This document shows positions 46,403 through 51,168 of a stretch of 51,168 nt of DNA, one piece after another. The position numbers were made by a program, and so were the translations under genes. Every line of letters begins with the position of its first letter. Positions within the stretch are counted from its first letter, which is position 1. Origin of the DNA: Pyrinomonadaceae bacterium (GTDB taxonomy: Bacteria; Acidobacteriota; Blastocatellia; Pyrinomonadales; Pyrinomonadaceae). The stretch lies in NCBI GenBank assembly GCA_035526805.1, contig DATLBQ010000040.1, positions 1-51,168 of the forward strand, given 5' to 3'. The notes under the pieces were generated by a model. It saw only the letters and a list, made by a program, of their open reading frames with translations. It ran no database searches and was not told the DNA's origin.

Positions 46403-47908
46403 TCAAGGGTGTTCAGCTATGAAGCCCGTATTTCGGCGCAGTAACTTTAGTTGCTCATTCAATAATTCCCAAACCGCGCGCACATTTTTCTCGGTCGTGC
46501 GAATATTGCCGATCGATAGCCGCAGCGTGAGCTTGTCGTTTAGTTTTGTATGCGAAAGGAGCGCCTTGCCGGTCGCATTCACACCATGCATGATCGCTTC
46601 GTTTAGCACATCCAGACGCCGATTGCGCATCACTTCCCCATAGTCGGGCGGACTCGCGCGAAAGCAAACGAGCGCCAGCGGCAGCGGCGCCATTAACTCC
46701 CAATTAGGGTCGGCTTCAACCCATGATGCGAACAGCTTTGCCAGTCGACAGTGTTCGCGAATTCGCGCGGCCAGTCCTTCATGGCCAAAATAACGAATGA
46801 CCATCCATAACTTCAACGCGCGAAAGCGACGTCCGAGTTGGACACCGTAATCCGATCCGCTGCGCACGTTCTCCTGCTCGGGCGTACGCAGGTATTCCGG
46901 GACCAAAGAAAAAGCGCGCCGCAGGAGATCGAGGTGACGGCAATACAATACCGACAGGTCAAACGGCGTGAACAGCCACTTGTGCGGATTGACTACCAAA
47001 GAATCTGCGCGCTCGCAACCGGCTAATATGGATCGGAGTTCTGGAACCACTGCCGCTGAACCGGCATACGCCGCGTCAACATGGAGCCACAAGTTGTGTC
47101 GCTCGCCAATGGGAATAATCTCGGGAACCGGATCGATGCTGGACGTCGACGTAGTGCCGACCGTGGCGACTACGCAAAACGGCACCATGCCCTGTGCTTT
47201 ATCCTCTTCTATGGCCGCAGCGAGCGCCGTCGTGTCCATGCGAAATTCACTGTCGGTGGGAATCTTGCGCAGTGCTCGCTGGCCCAGCCCGAGCGTTATT
47301 ACGCCCTTCTCAATTGATGAATGCGCCTGTTCAGAAACATAAACACGCAAGAGGGGCAGATCTTTGCGGCCGCTCATTCCTTCTTCACGAATGCGCAATT
47401 CGACTCCCTCGCGCGCGGCAGCGATCGCATGCATGCTGGAAACTGAAGCAGTGTCATAGATGATGCCGGTCATTCCCGCATCGAGACCCATCATCTGCCG
47501 GAGCCAATCGAGCGTAACTTCTTCCAACTCCGTGGAAGCCGGCGAGGTGCGCCAAAGCATTGCCTTATTGTCGAAGGCCGCGCTAAGGAGCTCTCCAAAA
47601 ATACCAGGCGCTGACGTGGAGGTAGCGAAGTAAGCGAAGAACGAAGGATGATTCCAATGCGTAAGCGCGGGAACTATCAAGCGATCCACGTCCGCGATGA
47701 TTTGTTCCATCGCCTCGCCTTTTTGTGGAGGCATCGCGGGAAGTTGCAACTTTAGATCGCCCGGCTCGATTTGCGACAACACCGGCAATTCCTCGACGTG
47801 ATCGAGGTAGTCGGCCACCCAGTCGATCAACTCGTGGCCAAAGCGACGAAAGTCTTCCCTGCTCATGTCGCCCAGGGGCGGCGGCAGTTCTGCTTGAGTT
47901 TTGCTCAT
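46403..47908 (-). CDS. aromatic-L-amino-acid / tyrosine decarboxylase family (group II PLP decarboxylase)
   Basis: 501 aa. Motifs HWNHPSFFAYF, HVDAAYAGSA, PLP-lysine NPHKWLFTPFD. Confidence 0.85.
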   Translation of the reverse strand: MSKTQAELPPPLGDMSREDFRRFGHELIDWVADYLDHVEELPVLSQIEPGDLKLQLPAMPPQKGEAMEQIIADVDRLIVPALTHWNHPSFFAYFATSTSAPGIFGELLSAAFDNKAMLWRTSPASTELEEVTLDWLRQMMGLDAGMTGIIYDTASVSSMHAIAAAREGVELRIREEGMSGRKDLPLLRVYVSEQAHSSIEKGVITLGLGQRALRKIPTDSEFRMDTTALAAAIEEDKAQGMVPFCVVATVGTTSTSSIDPVPEIIPIGERHNLWLHVDAAYAGSAAVVPELRSILAGCERADSLVVNPHKWLFTPFDLSVLYCRHLDLLRRAFSLVPEYLRTPEQENVRSGSDYGVQLGRRFRALKLWMVIRYFGHEGLAARIREHCRLAKLFASWVEADPNWELMAPLPLALVCFRASPPDYGEVMRNRRLDVLNEAIMHGVNATGKALLSHTKLNDKLTLRLSIGNIRTTEKNVRAVWELLNEQLKLLRRNTGFIAEHP

Positions 47909-47980
47909 TGGGCGAAGTCTAGATTAGGCGCAAATTAAATTCCATGTTTTTGGTTGTCCGGCTCACGAGCGCGATTCATA

Positions 47981-48082
47981 TTAGCCGCGGATGAACGTCG
48001 GAAAATACGGATATGATTAGAGAATCATTGGTTCTAAGTAATTCACTTTTTCAGATTCGTGTAATCCGCGTTTATCCGCGGC
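47981..48082. repeat. family C palindrome (diverged)
   Basis: ttagccgcggatgaacgtcggaaaatacggata versus gattcgtgtaatccgcgtttatccgcggc, between divergent starts. Confidence 0.65.
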
Positions 48083-48286
48083 ACTTCAACGCTGCACCGC
48101 TTCCCAACGCGCTGCCGCCGCCTAAGCCGCGAACGCTTTAAAGTTTGCGTCATTAACGGTCTCGACGCTATTATTCAGCCTCGATTTTGAGCTTAGAGTA
48201 ATAGTCGCCCGATCAATCAGACGGAGGCGCCATTCCGGAGCTTCCCGTCACCTGTCATCGCTAACCAAATTTGCTGTGAGGAAAAT

Positions 48287-49597
48287 ATGAAAAGAATTCT
48301 TCTTTCGCTTGGAATAATTGCATCAGTCGCGTTCGTCTTTGCTTGTGAGCGCAAAGGTGGGCCGGGAGCCGGCGGCAACACTGGGCCGATCATAGTGGGT
48401 TACTACGGAGATCTTTCGGGCCGCACGTCTAACTTCGGCCAGTCAACCAAGAATGGCGTGGAGATGGCTGCGGATGAGATCAACAAAGCAGGCGGAATTG
48501 ACGGCCGGCAAATTACAATTCTTTCGGAAGACGATGAAGGGCGTCCGGAAAAAGCAGCCACTGTCGTAACCAAGCTCATCAATCAGGATCGCGTGGTGGC
48601 GTTGCTCGGGGAAGTGGCCTCCGGCAACACGCTGGCGGCCGCGCCCAAGGCACAGGCTGCTAAGGTTCCTATGATCTCGCCATCGTCGACGAATCCCGCA
48701 GTCACTCAGGTCGGCGAATACATTTCACGAGTCTGTTTTATCGATCCATTTCAAGGCGATGTTATGGCCAAGTTTGCGGCCAATACCCTGAAGGCAAAAA
48801 AAGCGGCAATCATGCTCGACTTCAATTCGCCTTACAGTCGCGGCCTGACGGAATTCTTCGAAGCAAGCTTCAAGAAACTGGGCGGCGAGATCGTAGACAA
48901 GCAGTCGTATACGCAGGGCGACCGCGATTACAAAGGACAGCTTACCGCAATTCGTTCAAAGAATCCGGATGTGATCTACGTGCCTGGCTATTACGGCGAG
49001 GTTGGTGTGATTGCCAAACAGGCGAAGCAGCTTGATATTAAGGCCCCGATGCTGGGTGGCGATGGTTGGGACTCAACGCAACTGTGGGATCTGGGCGGTG
49101 ACGCATTGAATGGCGATTTTATTTCAAATCATTACTCGGTCGACGATCCTTCACCGGCCATTCAAAAGTTTGTAGCTGACTACAAAGCGCGTTATGGCAA
49201 CGTGCCCGATGCACTTGCAGCCCTTGGTTATGACGCAATGAAAGTATTGGCCGATGCCATCAAACGTGCGGGCACCACAGAAGGACCACAACTCAAGGAT
49301 GCCATTTCCGCAACCAAAGATTTTGCCGGCGTTACCGGCACGATCTCCCTCGACAAAGATCGGAATGCCGTCAAGCCGGCGGTGGTGCTCAAACTTCAGG
49401 ACAAAAAATATATCTACGTTGAGACGATTTATCCCGAGGGCATGAGCGCACCGACAACGGCTCCGGCAGCAGCGGTCACACCGGTAACCACAAGTACCTC
49501 GCCGGCGACCGCACCGGCTTCGTCGCCGGCCAGAGCAGGGGCCACAACGTCTCCAGCGAGAGCGACTTCGCCTGCGTCATCGGCATCGCCACAATAA
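48287..49597 (+). CDS. Liv-type (branched-chain/hydrophobic amino acid) ABC transporter substrate-binding lipoprotein with a Pro/Ala/Thr/Ser-rich C-terminal tail
   Basis: 436 aa. Lipobox-like VAFVFAC. Type I periplasmic binding protein (PBP) blocks (IIVGYYGDLSG, VVALLGEVASG, PMISPSSTNP). About 50-aa low-complexity tail. Confidence 0.85.
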   Translation: MKRILLSLGIIASVAFVFACERKGGPGAGGNTGPIIVGYYGDLSGRTSNFGQSTKNGVEMAADEINKAGGIDGRQITILSEDDEGRPEKAATVVTKLINQDRVVALLGEVASGNTLAAAPKAQAAKVPMISPSSTNPAVTQVGEYISRVCFIDPFQGDVMAKFAANTLKAKKAAIMLDFNSPYSRGLTEFFEASFKKLGGEIVDKQSYTQGDRDYKGQLTAIRSKNPDVIYVPGYYGEVGVIAKQAKQLDIKAPMLGGDGWDSTQLWDLGGDALNGDFISNHYSVDDPSPAIQKFVADYKARYGNVPDALAALGYDAMKVLADAIKRAGTTEGPQLKDAISATKDFAGVTGTISLDKDRNAVKPAVVLKLQDKKYIYVETIYPEGMSAPTTAPAAAVTPVTTSTSPATAPASSPARAGATTSPARATSPASSASPQ

Positions 49598-49615
49598 CGC
49601 CCAACAAAACATCCG

Positions 49616-50533
49616 ATGGACACTTTCGTTCAGCAACTGATTAACGGCCTGACGATAGGCGCGATCTACGCGCTTATCGCTCTGGGTTATACGATGGTCT
49701 ACGGCATTCTGCGCCTAATCAACTTCGCACACGGCGACATCTACATGGTCGGCGCGTTCGTTGGTTATTTTTTGGCGTTCCAACTTGGATTTGCGACCGG
49801 CCCTTCGCTCGTCGGTCTTTCTGTAGTGTTGGTCGGATCGATGATCGCGGCGGCTCTGGTGGGGATGGCAATCGAGAGATTCGCTTATCGTCCCATTAGA
49901 AAATATGCGCGCATGACAACCTTGATTGCGGCCATCGGTGTTTCACTATTGATTGAGAATATATTTGTAGCCAGGCTTGGCGCGGCTCCGCGAGCCTTTC
50001 CGCAGTTGCTTAGCGAGCAGAGCTATTCGCTTTTTGGCAACGCCGCCATCTCCAAATCCCAAATCCTAATCTTTGCAGTTTCCGTGGCCCTCATGCTTTT
50101 GCTTCAGTGGATTATTTTCAAGACCAAAGTTGGCACAGCGATGCGCGCCGTCTCATTCAATCTCAACTCCGCAAAGTTAATGGGTATCAATACCGATTTT
50201 ATTATTTCGTTTACCTTCGCTCTGGGCTCGGCTCTGGCCGCCGCCGGTGGCGTGCTGACGGCTCAATACAATCCGCAGATTGATCCGTTGATGGGGATTC
50301 TGACAGGTTTGAAAGCTTTCGTGGCCGCGGTTTTAGGTGGTATCGGTAACATTCCAGGCGCTGTTTTGGGCGGCCTGCTCATCGGTATTGCCGAGACTTT
50401 TGTGGTCGGCTACGGTCAAAATGTGGGCATTCCGTCGACATTTCGCGATGCGGTCGCATTCGCGATTCTAATCATCGTGTTGCTTATACGGCCGGCGGGT
50501 TTGCTGGGATCGACTGTCCAGGAAAAGGTTTAG
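49616..50533 (+). CDS. livH: branched-chain amino acid ABC transporter permease
   Basis: 305 aa. Motifs FVQQLINGLTIGAIYALIALGYTMVYG and INFAHGD, typical LivH. Confidence 0.9.
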   Translation: MDTFVQQLINGLTIGAIYALIALGYTMVYGILRLINFAHGDIYMVGAFVGYFLAFQLGFATGPSLVGLSVVLVGSMIAAALVGMAIERFAYRPIRKYARMTTLIAAIGVSLLIENIFVARLGAAPRAFPQLLSEQSYSLFGNAAISKSQILIFAVSVALMLLLQWIIFKTKVGTAMRAVSFNLNSAKLMGINTDFIISFTFALGSALAAAGGVLTAQYNPQIDPLMGILTGLKAFVAAVLGGIGNIPGAVLGGLLIGIAETFVVGYGQNVGIPSTFRDAVAFAILIIVLLIRPAGLLGSTVQEKV

Positions 50534-50584
50534 TCCTGGACACTTCATTAAACATCCAAAGGCTTTCGTTCAGGTCCTAATAGG

Positions 50585-51168
50585 ATGCCAACTCTTAAAA
50601 GAGTTCTATTCACCCTTGTCATCATCATCGCCCTCTATCTCGTGAACGCATTCATGAGCAGAGAGGGCCTTTTTGGTATAGGGTTTGGTGCTTACCCCGC
50701 CGACGTTTTAATGACTCTCACCATCAACGTTATCCTCGCGGTCTCTTTGAACCTGATTACCGGCTTCACCGGGCAATTCTCGATAGGCCACGCGGGATTT
50801 ATGGCTATCGGCGCATACTCTTCCGCTTATCTTGTTGTATACCACGCGCAGTTTTGGGAACGTGACCTGGCCGGAGCTGTCGGGTTCACTCTCGCCCACG
50901 CGGTGATCTTTGTGATCGCGATCGCATTCGGGTCTCTGGTCGCGGCTCTTGCGGGTTTGCTAGTAGGAATTCCCTCGCTTCGCCTGCGAGGCGACTATCT
51001 GGCAATTGTTACGCTTGGCTTTGCGGAAATTATTCGCATAGTGATTTTGAATATCGACAAGGTAGGCGGCGCGACCGGTTTCTCGGTGCCTGGTTATAGT
51101 AATTTTATCTGGGTCGGAGGTTTCGCGATTATTTCAATCGTAATAGTCTACAACATCGTTCATTCGGA
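50585..51168 (+). CDS. livM: branched-chain amino acid ABC transporter permease, 3'-truncated by the window end
   Basis: Open frame from the ATG at 50585 to the window edge. Motifs NLITGFTGQFSIGHAGFMAIGAY, PSLRLRGDYLAIVTLGFAEIIR. Confidence 0.85.
   Translation, partial: MPTLKRVLFTLVIIIALYLVNAFMSREGLFGIGFGAYPADVLMTLTINVILAVSLNLITGFTGQFSIGHAGFMAIGAYSSAYLVVYHAQFWERDLAGAVGFTLAHAVIFVIAIAFGSLVAALAGLLVGIPSLRLRGDYLAIVTLGFAEIIRIVILNIDKVGGATGFSVPGYSNFIWVGGFAIISIVIVYNIVHS

Overview
This is a 51.2-kb chromosomal segment from a moderately GC-rich bacterium. The gene content and the repeat 'vocabulary' remind me of soil Acidobacteriota, but that is from memory and unverified. I support about 42 protein-coding genes, mostly unlinked enzyme and envelope functions. 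They include an aryl-CoA ligase, M28 and S9 peptidases, alkaline phosphatase, three alpha/beta- or amido-hydrolases and two group-II PLP decarboxylases. A REC-PAS histidine kinase is translationally coupled to a sigma-54 (NtrC-type) activator. Also present are an FAD oxidase, an ICMT/MddA-like methyltransferase, a MOSC protein, a 5'-3' exonuclease, an HhH-GPD glycosylase, a dihaem cytochrome c fusion and an SLT-like transglycosylase. A Liv-type ABC importer closes the window, which ends inside livM. I saw no rRNA, tRNA, CRISPR array, transposase, integrase or recognisable phage or defence module. The most striking signal is non-coding. Nearly every intergenic spacer longer than about 100 bp holds a 90-220 bp imperfect palindrome. 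Some belong to multi-copy MITE/REP-like families. Others are single-copy hairpins whose arms are tandem 7-8-nt words, with a different word in each spacer but the same architecture. One composite of these repeat arms sits in frame and stop-free inside the aryl-CoA ligase gene. Other second-look items are: an AT-richer patch with an orphan 660-aa membrane protein next to a leaderless GH19/peptidoglycan-binding lysin; an Asp/Glu-racemase homologue lacking both catalytic cysteines; a frame break at a G4T6G4 tract in a small membrane protein; a split secreted-protein ORF; and a signal peptide that is only translatable from a non-canonical start. I did not find a convincing multi-gene novel system, and the candidates are flagged with that caveat.
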